A stretch of 63,977 nt of DNA, the filler included, from Atractiella rhizophila (Eukaryota), in assembly GCA_021432655.1 (NCBI GenBank). It is 10 parts of 10 records of this genome, joined end to end, with 100 filler letters (N's around TTAATTAATTAA, not from the genome) between each part and the next. Parts side by side here need not be neighbours in the genome. Positions count along the whole stretch, not along the records: positions 32,394 to 40,369 come from MU272182.1; positions 40,470 to 48,438 come from MU272183.1; 8 more parts are not named here. One strand, given 5' to 3'. This document shows, one piece after another, positions 35,952 through 48,538 of the stretch. The notes under the pieces are model-generated. The model saw only the letters and a list, made by a program, of their open reading frames with translations. It did not search any database and was not told the origin of the DNA. Position 1 is the stretch's first letter; the number at the start of each line of letters is the position of its first letter. A program made the translations under genes and the position numbers.

Positions 35952-38900
35952 CAGGGCTCCCACCATTACATTATAATGTAATGTCATGTAATTTAAGCAA
36001 ACATAATGTGCTCCTTGAGGCCTATAATTTAATGAAGATTACTTTGCCCACCTTGCGCTTTGCTGTAATTGTAATTGCATTAGACTATAAGCATTATAAT
36101 GCTTAAATTACGCTACCTTCTATCATTCCTCTGGGATCGCAACTCCCTGGAGCACCGAAGCCTTGCTTGTAAGTGTCTCGGCCAGTGTGCACTCCTGTAT
36201 CACCATTCTTGTCTCTGAGTTAATGTGTCGTGCCCATGAAAAGAGCCGTTCGACACCTGCGGAGGTTGCAGGGATAGCGAGGACATTACGTGCGATCTTT
36301 GTGAGAGTTGGGAAGAGACGATGGTTTTCCTGTGACGGAACATGACATAGCATTCTCAATCCAGTCAGAAACATACCTTCCACCATTGAAGGGCAGATTG
36401 GTTGTTTCCTAGCTGGGCAGTTCTGTTGAACCGATCAATTTCATGCTCAAGGTCAGGTGCAATGGGTGCACTGGAGCTTGGGAGAGGCGCCAAGCCTCTT
36501 CTTGGCCGGAAGTCATCATCCTTGCCAGGAGTAAGAGCTGAAGAGGCGGAGGTGGGAGGGGGATTTGTGACACGCTGGAATTCGTTCCTTAAGATCCCCT
36601 CGGCGCGCTGAAAGGCTGATTCATCATAATTGTCTCGGAAGAAGTCAAGATGATGTCCAGGATGGCAGGCTGTGACATCATGAGCAAGGCTGCTTGCAGA
36701 GATCAAGAATGTGTCCAACCAGTAGAAAGAATGTAGTTCCTTCGCTTCCTCATTTCATCATAGTACTTGAGCAGCTTCTTTTGAGCTGCTTTGACACTTG
36801 GATGGAAGAATGTCATCGTCTCATCCTTCTAAAACCCTGAGAGGGTGATATTGAGGCGTAGAAAAGCTGGCAGGACGTCACCAAGGAAGACATTGTTGTC
36901 CTGAAGGTCATCTGTTACTGTCTGGAATGGCTGCCGGTTTGCCTGAAGAATGAGTGAGCGGACAATGTAATAGCAAGAAATGACGAACGGTGAGGCCCTC
37001 TGACATAGTCCTTGTTTCCTTCCATTCCTCTTCGGTAGGATAATACTTGTGGAATGCTTTCCAGTGAAGATCGCAAAAGTGGTGAATTGCCTAATGTGAG
37101 TATGGAATACGTTAACTGGGCTGTTCAACGCTCGAGCTCAATGTCATACCTTCCGCAATCTCAACACACGTTGAAGGGTTTTGTTCGTAGAGTTCCAGCG
37201 GGTTGTATTGTCCTTGAGTGGAAGAAGATTCTGATCCTTTGGCCTGGAGTGTTTCTGTGAAACCTTGAGGAATGCCTTCCATCATCCATGTGTCCGCCAA
37301 AAGGCCTTTGAGATTTTGACAATCTACATTGCCAGTTAATGAAGCTGCAACATGAAACAAACCAACATACCTTATCCAGTGCACTCCTTTTCGACCGTTT
37401 GATGGTGCCAGTTGCTTGCACAAGCAGAGTCTGAGGTTGTTCTACATCCCAATCACTTTCCTCATTTGCAGAGATATGACTTGCCTCAGACTCAGTTTCA
37501 GACCAGCCTTCCTCATTGCAAGCCACGGCCGTATCCTCTAAAAATTCCTTCTCAGGGTTACCCTTACCCTTCCCTTTCTCCTTATCCTTTGGCTTTTCCG
37601 TTGCTTCCTCACCATCTTCACTGAGAACCCCCAACTGCTTATCAAGCATATAGACATCAATCTTATCAGATGAAGGTCCAATTCCAGCGGCTGCGATTGC
37701 ATCTTGAGCTGCAAGGTTGACAACATGAGCCGCACACCAAGAGTGGTTGTCTTCTGGATCCCAAAGTGCCTTGTGCTGCACTTTTAATTGGGTGGCAAGG
37801 AAAGGAAGGGAGGCGAGATTGACAGAGCAGGAATCTTCGGTGATATTTCCTGTGCCTCCACCTGTCAGGACAGAGTGAAACAAGGGGACGAAAACAAACC
37901 AAACTTCTTTACAAGATTACGATTGGTAATAACTTTGCCAATTGCTTTGTCAACATCGGCGCATTATGTGACTCTTGAAGCACCGTCGCTCAAAGGACCC
38001 TTCGCTTTTGATTCCAGTCTCGATCGATGGAGTGTCCAATCATCCCCATAATTGCATGCATCTGTCCCAGGCTGGTCTAGATATCGGTCTCAAGGTGAAC
38101 TTTATCGTCCTTCTTCAATGTGAGTGAGCCAGTGAATAGCATTGTGAAAAAGAACATGCAGTCAATTCGTCCAACTCCTTCTGTACTCGCTCCTTCAATA
38201 CATCATACAACCTCCTAGCCCACTTTCTTGCCGTCATAGAACCATATAGCTTCATCAATGGATTCAGGAGCTTGATAGCTTGCTCAAGCTCATTTTCTTC
38301 AACAACGGTCCATGCGTGATCTCTCTGAACAATCCACTCGACAATTTTCCGGAAGAAGCGGTCAACTTCTTTCTTTGGAACTGGCCTGAAGGTTTCGAAG
38401 GTAGATGGATCTCCGGGCGCTGATTTTGGGACCTTCGAAGCGGGGAGGGGAGGTGGATCATGCCCAACAATTGAACCGCAAGGTGTCGGTTCCGGCACTC
38501 ATGCAGATGAATATTGCAGTTAGAGTACTTCTTCATGGACACGCTCCACTTCTTTCTACAGAGCATATTAGTTTCAAAAACTGAGAACCTCCAAGAGCGA
38601 CAGGTCCAACATATCCACGTAGCCTGCAGGTGAATTCAGCAGGTTGGTCTCCAATCTGCTCCCTCCAACCCACTAAACACACGGAACATCACTCAGTCAC
38701 TCCACCGCATGAAGCATGACAACCAACTCACCTTGTAGAAATCTAGTATCGGTGGTTGACCACTACCATAGCTCCTCTGGCTCCAAATCTTTTGTTTCTT
38801 TCGCTCCCGTTCCTCATCCTCAGAGTCATCTCAGGCAGCAATCTTGTTCAATCTTGTGTGCACTTCCATCCAACTCCGAACCTTCGGTGGCTTGACCATG

Positions 38901-40029
38901 GTCTGCTCCTCACAGTGATGTACATTAGTGTGATGTAGATTTGCTGAAAGAAGAAAGACATACAGTTTTCCTGCCTGCCACTAGTTCCTCGTCAGAGGCA
39001 TCCTCCTCCGTGTTATGCTGCCGTTGCTTTCTCTTCCCCTTCTTTGCTGCAGAGGTATCATTCTACACATCCATCAATCAGCTTGAACTCTGAGAAATCA
39101 ATAATAAAATCCTACTTTCTTCTTCGGGCATAATTGGGGCCTCTCTTTCCCAGCAGGAAGGGCAGAGCGCTTTGGAATCCGCAGTGACTGATTGAATAAT
39201 ACACTGAAAATCAGAGATGATGCAACAACGTACTGCTTCCTTAACTGGTATTTGTGCGGCGGAATGCTCTGAATCGCTTAGAATCAATGGTGACCCACTA
39301 TTTCCTTGGACATTCTACGTCCCCAATTCACCGACAAGCTCAAATTCAACAAGATTTGGGACTAACCTGAGAAGCAATCCATTGAGTTGCAGAGTATGTT
39401 GGGGTTGGAGAGGAGTCACAAGTAGGTCTTGAACGTGATAGAGAAACACGGTGAGGCAAAGGAGTAGAATCCTCAGTGTAAATCGAACGGTCTATGGGGC
39501 TGATCCCAAGATTGGACCTTGAGGAACGCCACACTGGGGTCGGTGTTGCCATAGCAGGTGAATGTATGATAGGCAAGGCAAATATCGATGAATGTTGATC
39601 ATGATGAGCGCCAATAAACATGCACGCTTTATACGAGTGATTGATCATTCTGATTCTGAAAGTCGGCCGATGATTGCTGTGCGCTGAGCATCGGGCGTTG
39701 GACGTTGGCAGGTCTAAGATTCTGAATTCGAAGGAAGCACTTGTGATTGTCAAACGTTGAGAAGTTGAGAACCCTGAATGTGGCCAGGCATGAACGCGAG
39801 GCGATAGAGCGGTTAGATCGGCCACTTGAAAAGGGTTGTAAGAAACCTTCAGTTGGACATTACATTACAAGATTATAATGATTATAATCTAAATTTCGAA
39901 CATCCCGTAATCATAATGTGCTTACAGGTTTAATGCATTACGACTTGTCAAAATTACATTAAAATTTAATGTAAATTGCATTACATTACATACATATAAT
40001 TTTTTTGTAATGTAATGGTGGGAGCGCTG
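35952..40029 (-). mobile_element. hAT DNA transposon with both TIRs; intron-containing, apparently frameshifted transposase
   Basis: 22-bp TIR CAG(G/C)GCTCCCACCATTACATTA at both ends and ATTAC/GTAAT-rich subtermini. hATC motif FPTLTKIARNVLAIPATSAGVERLFS, WCAAHVVNLAAQD, and a BED-like WICWTC..HLHEC. Confidence 0.9.
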
Positions 40030-40081
40030 GTCTGTTTGATTGAGGAAGAGGTGGGGGAAAGGATCAACATTCCTGAGGTAG

Positions 40082-40345
40082 TTAACCTCCGCGATTTGAG
40101 GCATAACTGAGGAGGTCATCGCCATTGACGTATTCCAGGACCAGACAAAGGTCATTGTCATCGTCAAACCATTCGATAAGCTGGACGACGTTTGAATGGT
40201 TAATCTTTTTGAGGATCGCCATCTCTTTCTCAAACATTCCTTTGGTCGTTTCAGCCTTCAGTCTCGACTTCTTAAAGTGCTTCACGGCTCGTACATTGCT
40301 CGTCCCACGCTCGATCACGCGACATACCTTCCCAAAAGAATCCCT
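40082..40345 (-). pseudogene. CAMK-group (Chk2/Rad53-like) protein kinase N-lobe fragment
   Basis: SFGKV..RAVKHF..EKEMAILKKINHSNVVQLIEWFDD..LVLEYVNGDDLL then stop; no HRD or DFG exons seen downstream. Confidence 0.7.
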
Positions 40346-40930
40346 GTCACAATGAAGTAAATATGAGATNNNNNNNNNNNNNNNNNNNNNNNNNNNNNNN
40401 NNNNNNNNNNNNNTTAATTAATTAANNNNNNNNNNNNNNNNNNNNNNNNNNNNNNNNNNNNNNNNNNNNGTCTGCAGGATCAATATTCGCAATTTCTCAC
40501 TGGAAGTGTAGCCTCTCATGGCTGTGGAAACGCAGGTGAAAGTGGTCGGTCGCAACCCGGCCCTTGTGTTGTGGAACAATTGTTCGGAACCTTAAGCTGC
40601 GTCCACATTGGTTCGACCATCCCATTCTGAGCGGCTCATCCTGGCGTCTCGAGGCTTCTGCAAGTAAATATTAGATCAGTTATACCGTGTTCATCTTCAG
40701 TTCAAGGGGGAGATAATCATCTCAACTTTCTAACCATTCAGGTGTGTGGTTCCCTCGAAAATTCCGATTCAAAAAGGGTCTCACTCCTTCCGCAACTCGC
40801 GCTTCTTTTCAACGTTTCCACCCCAAAAGGCACACACTCCTTCATCTTTCAGAATCTCTTAACCTGGTTTTTTTTTGGTGTTTCTGCTTCCTCAAATTTA
40901 TCAACTTCTTGAGCTGGGATATCCACCGTA

Positions 40931-42702
40931 ATGTCCGAACCAGCCGCTTCCACCTCCACTCCAGAAACAGACGGGGCCCCAAGCGCAGTATGTCCCTTCT
41001 CTCTCATACATGCACTCACACTGAGTCAATGGATAGGCCGCGGCGTCGATCATCACCCAGGTGTCCGCTCAAAATGCGTTTGCGCCTCGTCCAGTTCGCC
41101 CCACAAAACAACAAAGCAAGAAGAAAGTTCCCAAGAAGAAAGCCGCCGAGCCTGCTTCCCCAGCTTCTGCTCCTGCTGCCAGCGATGCCCCTGTCGTGGA
41201 CGAGAAACATCCTGTCGACGCTTCCGCTGCCACCGCCGTCGAAACCGGAGAAGAGACGACTACTAGGTCCTCTGAGACTAGAGTTGGGAAGGATGCAGCG
41301 CCGGTTTCAGAGAAGGAAAAACCTGAGGCAGAGAAAGAGAATAGGTTGAGGAAAGCTACCAAGCCTTCGAAGACGGCAACGCCAGCGAAGAAGAGGAAGG
41401 GAGGACTTGCAAAGTTCTTCGCTATCATTATCCCCTGCGTCGGTTCAACTGCGGCTCATGGACCCCCAGAGGAGTTTCTTGACATGTCGGACACTTCCTC
41501 TGATGCAGCTCGCCCATCTAGTACGGGAGAGAAGGTGGCCACAAAGGAAGCGGCTCCTCCAACTCCAGCGAAAGAACATAAGGAGGCGCCACCAGCTCCG
41601 CCATCCAAGGACGCATCGAGACGAAGCTCCGCTCCCAAAGAACCCATACAAGCCGATACCGAACACGCTGCCGAAGCACTGGCGGCTACGACCAGTGGAG
41701 GACAAGTCAGTCCTGGTGTGGTTCTCCCAAAGGATGAGACGGGAGGTGTCATGAGCTCAGATGTTGTGCCCATCGGGAAAGGAACAGTTGTAGCTGGAGG
41801 AGCCGCGACGGATGAGGAGAAAGATGAAAGCGAAGGAGACGATGGTGATATGGAAGAGGAGGAAGACGAAGAAGACGAGGAAGACCTCATCCTTAAGGGA
41901 GGCTTGGGAATACCGATTGGACCAGATGGACAGCCAAGACCTCTGCTGAAAGAGATAACGCCGAGCGATGCTGGACGGAAGTGCTTGGTTCTTGATCTAG
42001 ATGAAACTCTGGTGCACAGCAGCTTCAAGGTGCGTTCATTGTTCTAATTGTGGAACAGAAAAAGTTGACGAGAAATACAGATGATGCCCCGTGCTGATTT
42101 CGTCGTCCCTGTTGAGATCGAGAAACAAGTCCACAACGTCTATGTCGTCAAGCGGCCGGGAGTTGATCGTGCGCTTGCTCCGTTCCCAACATTTTTGTCT
42201 AATGATGGGCATTAGAGTTCCTGAAGGAGATGGGACAACTGTACGAGGTCGTCGTTTTCACCGCTTCCCTTTCGATGGTGTGTTCTTCAATTCTTTCACC
42301 ATATTTCGACGAGTCTAACCTTGGTCATGTTTAGTATGCGGATCCCGTTCTGGACATGCTCGACGTACATCGCGTAGTTAAATACCGCCTATTCCGCGAG
42401 TCTTGCTACAACCACCACGGCTCATACGTCAAAGATCTTTCACAATTGGGTCGACCCCTTGGAAGCAGCCTCATAATCGATAATAGTCCTGCCTGCTACA
42501 TGTTTCACCCTAATAACGCTGTGCCGGTCTCGAGTTGGTTCAACGACCCTCACGATACCGAACTGACAGATTTAACCGCTGTGCGTCATCCTCTCTTCGC
42601 CCTCAAAGATAGCGTGGACTAACGCGTTGTTGGGACTAGTTTTTGACTGATTTAACTATGGTTGATGATGTGAGGGCAGTGTTGGACGGCGGCCTGAATT
42701 AG
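40931..42702 (+). CDS. PSR1: NIF/FCP1-family (SCP/Psr1-like) HAD phosphatase, multi-exon
   Basis: [83 protein letters not shown]; six short introns give a continuous frame. Confidence 0.9.
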
Positions 42703-44719
42703 GCTGGGCAACTTCGATCCATGAAGTTTGACCTCAGCCAGCTGGCTGTAAATACCTTTCTCTTTGTCGGTACTCTTGAAATTAACTTATTTTCGCTGTC
42801 TGCAGATCCTTCCCTCCGTGCCCGTCCCACTGAGACATGCCGTGCGACACAGCGTGATTTGAACATAAAGGAAGAGATGAGGGATGAAAAGTGAAGATGA
42901 CCTTCTCCAGGTTTAATACCGAACAAAACAATAATTTTCATCGACTTTGATTCACAATTTTGAGGAATTTTTTCCAGTTTACTTCAGTCTCCTTCTTCAT
43001 TCCATCTCAACACAGTACAATCATTTACTTTCCTCCATCCCAAGAGTTCAAACGAGAGAGATATCGGGCATATTTTCGAGCTGAAATGGACTCCGTCCAC
43101 ATTGGTTTAGCGGTGATTCATCAGTACCTTATCGTTCTTTATTTGGCAACAGTTTCTCATTGGCTTCTCATATCTCTTTTCTTCTACTGGCTTCTTCTCT
43201 TCCTACGATGATACCCTGTGTCTGATTTCACGTCCCCATACCTATCTAAATACGAATCCTCGGTTCAAACCAACTCATCAGCATCGTTAAGCGACGACTA
43301 TTTCTGAGGATAAAACAGAACAAGCAGAAGCGAGATGTGATGCGCCGGGAAGTAATTTTGGAGCGGAAGCCAAACCTACGATGATATTGCGTTCTCATCA
43401 ACGAAACCAGCGGTTTGCTGCTGTGTCATCATTAAAACTGAACAACTTGAACATCACTGCAGACCTGCAGAGATGGTTTAGGATTGCCGAGTTGACTTCG
43501 AGCATTCTCCTTATTCGCAGCAGTAGGTGAAAGCTTGAACTTCAGATTCAGGTGAGCAACCCATTCAGGTTCGATATCCTCTCTTCAGCAATTTCAAACA
43601 TTAAAGATTTGTTGTCATCCGTGCCGAAAGCCAGCACGGTTGACAGAAGAAGGCTCCCCGAGCCTTAATACCTTTCGCACGTACTCCTTGGAATTGCCCT
43701 CCTGCTTCATTACGCATGAGTAGTTGAATGATCATGATCTAAGCGATGTAGTAGAAAAGCCCTGTGAGAGTACATCGGATCCACACTTGTTGCTTGTTAT
43801 CGTGGGGCATGTTTTTTGATGTGAACCAATCCCAGTCGTTGTCACACCTTCAGTTGAGAGGTTGAAACAACACTTCGCTTCGATTTCTCTCTGGAGTTAG
43901 CTTCGTACTCAAACAGCCGTCATTCTTGGTGTCGTGAAACTTGAAGCTTGAGTCTTGAGGGCTGACGGGGTTAAATGTCAGGATACCTTTGACTTTGATC
44001 AGCCTCCGATTGAAGATTCAGTAAAAAGAGGTGTTCAAGGTATCCTTCTGCTAGTTTTCTCCTGTTAACGTCATTTTGAACTTCCCTGAGAACGATCACG
44101 GCAACAAATCCGATCACTTTTCCTTTCTGATCTTGTTGGACTGATGCTGTGGCTCTATCCTCGTTTTTACCATAATAATCGTATGATACAGGGATGATGC
44201 ATTCGCGCTTGATGTAAAGGCGTATTGATGCCTTCAAGAACCTTCACACTTTCGAAAGCTATTTGTCGCTTTGCATGCCAAGCGTCGGCTACTCCTCTTT
44301 ATGGATTTCGCTCCACTTTAGAACTTGTTCTGCTATCGTCAGTGGTAAGCGTGAAGAGAACTCGATCAGGCTAGATACGTTTGTCCACGCATTTGCGAGG
44401 GTCTGCCGGCGGAGACTGCAGATTCTGGATTGGAACTTGGAGGCTCGAGATGATCTTGCCGGTTGATCGAAGAACGAACAATTGGAAAACTCTAGTCGTA
44501 GCGCGATGGAGAGCACGTATAACGAAAGTGGTTTGAGGATCAGGGGAAGGAGATGGGGTCAAATTTCAGGCTGCATATCAAGGGGAGCAAGTAGCAAGAC
44601 GGCTTGACATCCCTTTGCATCTTTTGGCTGTCTGATTCTTCTGTCTAGTAATGAGCCTCTCTGATCATCTTGCGCCCTCTTCAAGCGTTGGACCTACTCT
44701 GTCTAACCATTTCACACCC

Positions 44720-46100
44720 ATGAGTGAAGAGGATGAAACAGGCTTCCCTAACTTCCGTTTACCCCTACAAGCTGTAAGATCCCTTTCCTCAGCTTCAACA
44801 TGGTCTCAGAATGATTGAATAACAGACCAACCGTCTTCTAGCTTACCTGCTGGGTGGATTCACTTCTTGTATCCTATTCGGCGTCATCTTGGCACTCGCG
44901 AGTCGCTACTTAGGCTTAACCAAAGGCTTTTGCAAGATGAAGGCTTTGGTGCTTTTTGTCGTTACATGCGAGATCTTGCTGAACGTAACGAATATTGTTA
45001 GGGTAATGGTCCTTTGCTGCCTTTGAACGGAAGTTGACGTCCACATAGTTATGCCTCTTGCTCGCTGTCCATTGGGGCGATTTCCGCTACCTTTTAGATC
45101 CAAATGACCTGCATGCTATGAACACCATTACCGGTGTGATGGCTGTCTCGTTGCAAGTCCAATGTCACTTTTTTCTTTGGTATCGTTCGTGTTCTCGCTC
45201 CTGTTTAGTTGAAGTAATGCTGAAATGTAAACAGGTGCTTGGCAAATCAGCAAAGTTGTAAAATGGCGACAGACGTGGATAAATTTTGTTCTCTGGTTGA
45301 CGCTCTCTTGTGTCTTTATCAACATCTCGTTTGGCTTCGCCGAAGCTTTTTTAGCAATCACTACACTCGGGGCTTTTCACTCTTCAGAAAATTATCAACG
45401 CTGCCTGACGATTTGGATATCCCTATCTTTTATAATCGATTTCAGCTTGGCGGCCTTCCTCGTCGCCGAACTTCGACACACCAAAAAATATCTACTTTCC
45501 TCCTCCGTCGGCACTCGAAAGCTCATTAACAACATCATCCTGTTCACCGTCTGCAGCGGCACTCTAATTCTTACGACTCAGGCTGTGGTCGTAATTCTGG
45601 TCATCTGGGACGGATTTCGCGGATCCATCGATTCAACCTGGACGCTGTTCGCATTAACAATCCTTCCATCAGTCTACTGTTATTCGTTCCTCATAATCCT
45701 ACTCAGTTCGCAACAGGTTGAACAGGAGTCTGCCACCGCAGACATTTCCGCACGGCCCACAGGACGAGGTCCAACCCATGCGACTGATCGAGGAGAATCA
45801 AGCGTCGTAGGATCGGGGTCTGTGTCATGGCGGTCTCCCTGCGAAAGGTTACACATATCCGAATTTGAGCATGTTTCGCAAGGTCGAGAATCTCCTTCAT
45901 GCAACTTCGGGTTGGGGAAAGGAATCTCAAAGTATATTAAAACGGATAAAGGTTGGTTTCTCCCCATTTTCTTTGTCAATCCTCATTTCAGCACAGCTGG
46001 TGAAGCGTCCCGCTCGTCGCGGGAGAAGCGACATGAAGCAGCGTTGTCACTAGGTTCAATAGGACGAGACATTGGAGCATTGTCACCACATAACACTGTT
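44720..46100 (+). CDS. DUF6534-like multi-pass membrane protein; 3' end approximate
   Basis: Hydrophobic exons with WISLSFIIDFSLAAFLVAELRH..TRKLINNIILFTVCSGTL..ILPSVYCYSFLIIL. Confidence 0.65.
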
Positions 46101-46243
46101 GTCTCTGTAGAATTACACAGGAGTGTGGTACGTTTCCCTTGTCATCGCCTACATTCTTGTTCCCTTGACGTTGAACGTGGATACAGGAGAGTAACTCAAC
46201 GTTCAAAGGGGACAAAGATCCATTATAACAATGATGTGCATCC

Positions 46244-46309
46244 AAATTCGTATTCTGCCATCATCAGTATTATATTAAATTCGTATTCTGCCATCATCAG
46301 TATTATATT
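46244..46309. repeat. Exact 33-bp tandem duplication
   Basis: AAATTCGTATTCTGCCATCATCAGTATTATATT occurs twice. Confidence 0.9.
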
Positions 46310-48538
46310 AATGCAATGAGTGATGAACAATGAAACTAATTTATGCCTGTAAAATCCCCGCGTGCTCTTATCAAGTGAAATAAAATGAGGCCATGCAGCG
46401 TAGATAAAACATTGACTTGGATGACTAGGTACACTCAAGGAGGGATGTTCACAGTATGATTTAATTGTTACTAGCTACTGATGGGATTGTACCGGCTATC
46501 GGGTGCCGAAGCTTCACACCGGAACGATTTCAAGGTGACAGCCAATAACAATGCTTATTTCCCTACTAAAAATCTTATCAACTACATATCGTATCATAGT
46601 AGCTCCTCGAAGTTGTACTGGCTCAAAGCAGATGTACCCATCCTACTATCTACCAGCTCTCATCTCCCGTAGGATAAAGCGTGATAGCGAAAGAACGGAC
46701 AGTCGTTATCTAACGATCCATCTTCCGGCAAATATGAATACCGTTCTTCTGTCTTCTCTCTGGGAGCGAGGAAGAACGGGACGAGAGCCGGTGTCACCAA
46801 GTCTCAGAGTTCAGAAACATAAAAGGTTGGTCACAGAGCCCATTTGATCTGTATCATTAGGAGCGAAATCGAAGAAAGATGCCTGACATGAATAGAAGAA
46901 CAGAAAAACCGTTTAAGAAGGTTATTAGGGTTTGCTTCAGACATTTCACTTTGCAAAGGACTCGCTCCTGTTTTCGAAATTTTCATTAGAACCCCAGAAT
47001 CTTCTTATTAGATACTATAATTTAGAAATCACGAAAAAGGTAAGGATGTACCCGTCCTACTATCTACCAGCTCTCATTTCCTCAAGGATAAAGCGTGATA
47101 GCGAAAGGACGGTATCTCAAAATCTCTCTTCCGACCTGAATAATGACGCTTCCTCCTTTCTTCGTCCCTTTAAGGGTACGAGGGAGCGCGATAAATGTCG
47201 GTTTACAGAGTTTTTCCCGCCATTCCAAGAATATTGACGTGAAAGAAGAAGAAAGCGTACGAAGCTTGAACATGTTCCAATGGCACGAAGTTGATGCCTC
47301 TCCCTACCGTCCCATGCAGCCATGAATGGAACTTCATTTGTTGGCCTCACATCTGTCATTGCAATCCCGACCCATTGAAGTAACCTCGTCGATTTTTATC
47401 GATTTTTTACGTCCGAAAGCGGGGGTCGGCGACACTTGGCCCGAAATTGATCAACTGAGCCTCCTCTTGCTGACGGCGTTCTAACTCAGTTTGAGCTCAG
47501 CTTCTTGAGCTGGAAGAATTTTCTGACTGCGAGGAAGAGGACTTGCAAGAAAATAACGTCTCAAAAGACGCGAGGAAGTTGCTGCATTATCGACATTTGG
47601 TGAGTCTCTTGTGGAATGTGTAGCTGGGATTGGTTTATTTCACTGTGGATATTGCTTGTAACTCTGCAGTTGCTATATCCTTTACTGAAATATGCGCTCT
47701 TCGAATCAAGTGGAACCTTCAGCTCATGAAGACATTTCTTTCTTCTCAGTTTGAATCTCACAAGATATCCATCTTACTCTGTGTGTGATAGACACGATCT
47801 GCGTTCTACTTCGCGGTACCCAATTCCTGTAACGCCTCGCTGCGTCACTTGGAGCATCCAACCTGGCCTCCTCCAACCCTCCCCCTCCACCTCCCAACAA
47901 TCCTAATTCCAACGACTCTTCAGATTACGGCGGCTACGTTTTCGAAGTTCCATCTCCGTCTTCCTCTCCCAGGCTCAATCCCAGCCGGAATCCGAATCGA
48001 CGTACACGGTGGAACATCGTCGAAACCTTCGGAGCGGGTGTAAACAGACAGGACGTAGAGGGTGATAACGAACAGAGGAGAAGAAGAGAAGACCCGGAGG
48101 GAGAGGCGGAGATTGATCAGATCCTTGCTGGTGTCAACGTGCCGAACTTATCTTCCGGCGTCTTGAGGAATATCGCGAGACAGATCCGGGATTGGGACGT
48201 GACTGAGCCTCTCTCACTCGAATATCCACATCCACCACGAACAAGCCCACTGAGGCCACAACGACCTAGGAGACGGAACGAGTTGAGAGATTTAGGCCCG
48301 ACACTCGCTCCTGATCCATTTGCTGCCTCAACTGGGCCAGCACGAGCAGTACCTACTTCCAGGACACAAATACCCTTCCCATCCAACCGCTCCCTTCCTC
48401 CCGCCACATCCGCACCCGTCCCATCCTACCCCTCAGGCNNNNNNNNNNNNNNNNNNNNNNNNNNNNNNNNNNNNNNNNNNNNTTAATTAATTAANNNNNN
48501 NNNNNNNNNNNNNNNNNNNNNNNNNNNNNNNNNNNNNN

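Noticed and set aside
41069..42028. Long antisense ORFs over the PSR1-like gene
   Set aside because: Shadow ORFs of a GC-rich, low-complexity coding exon.
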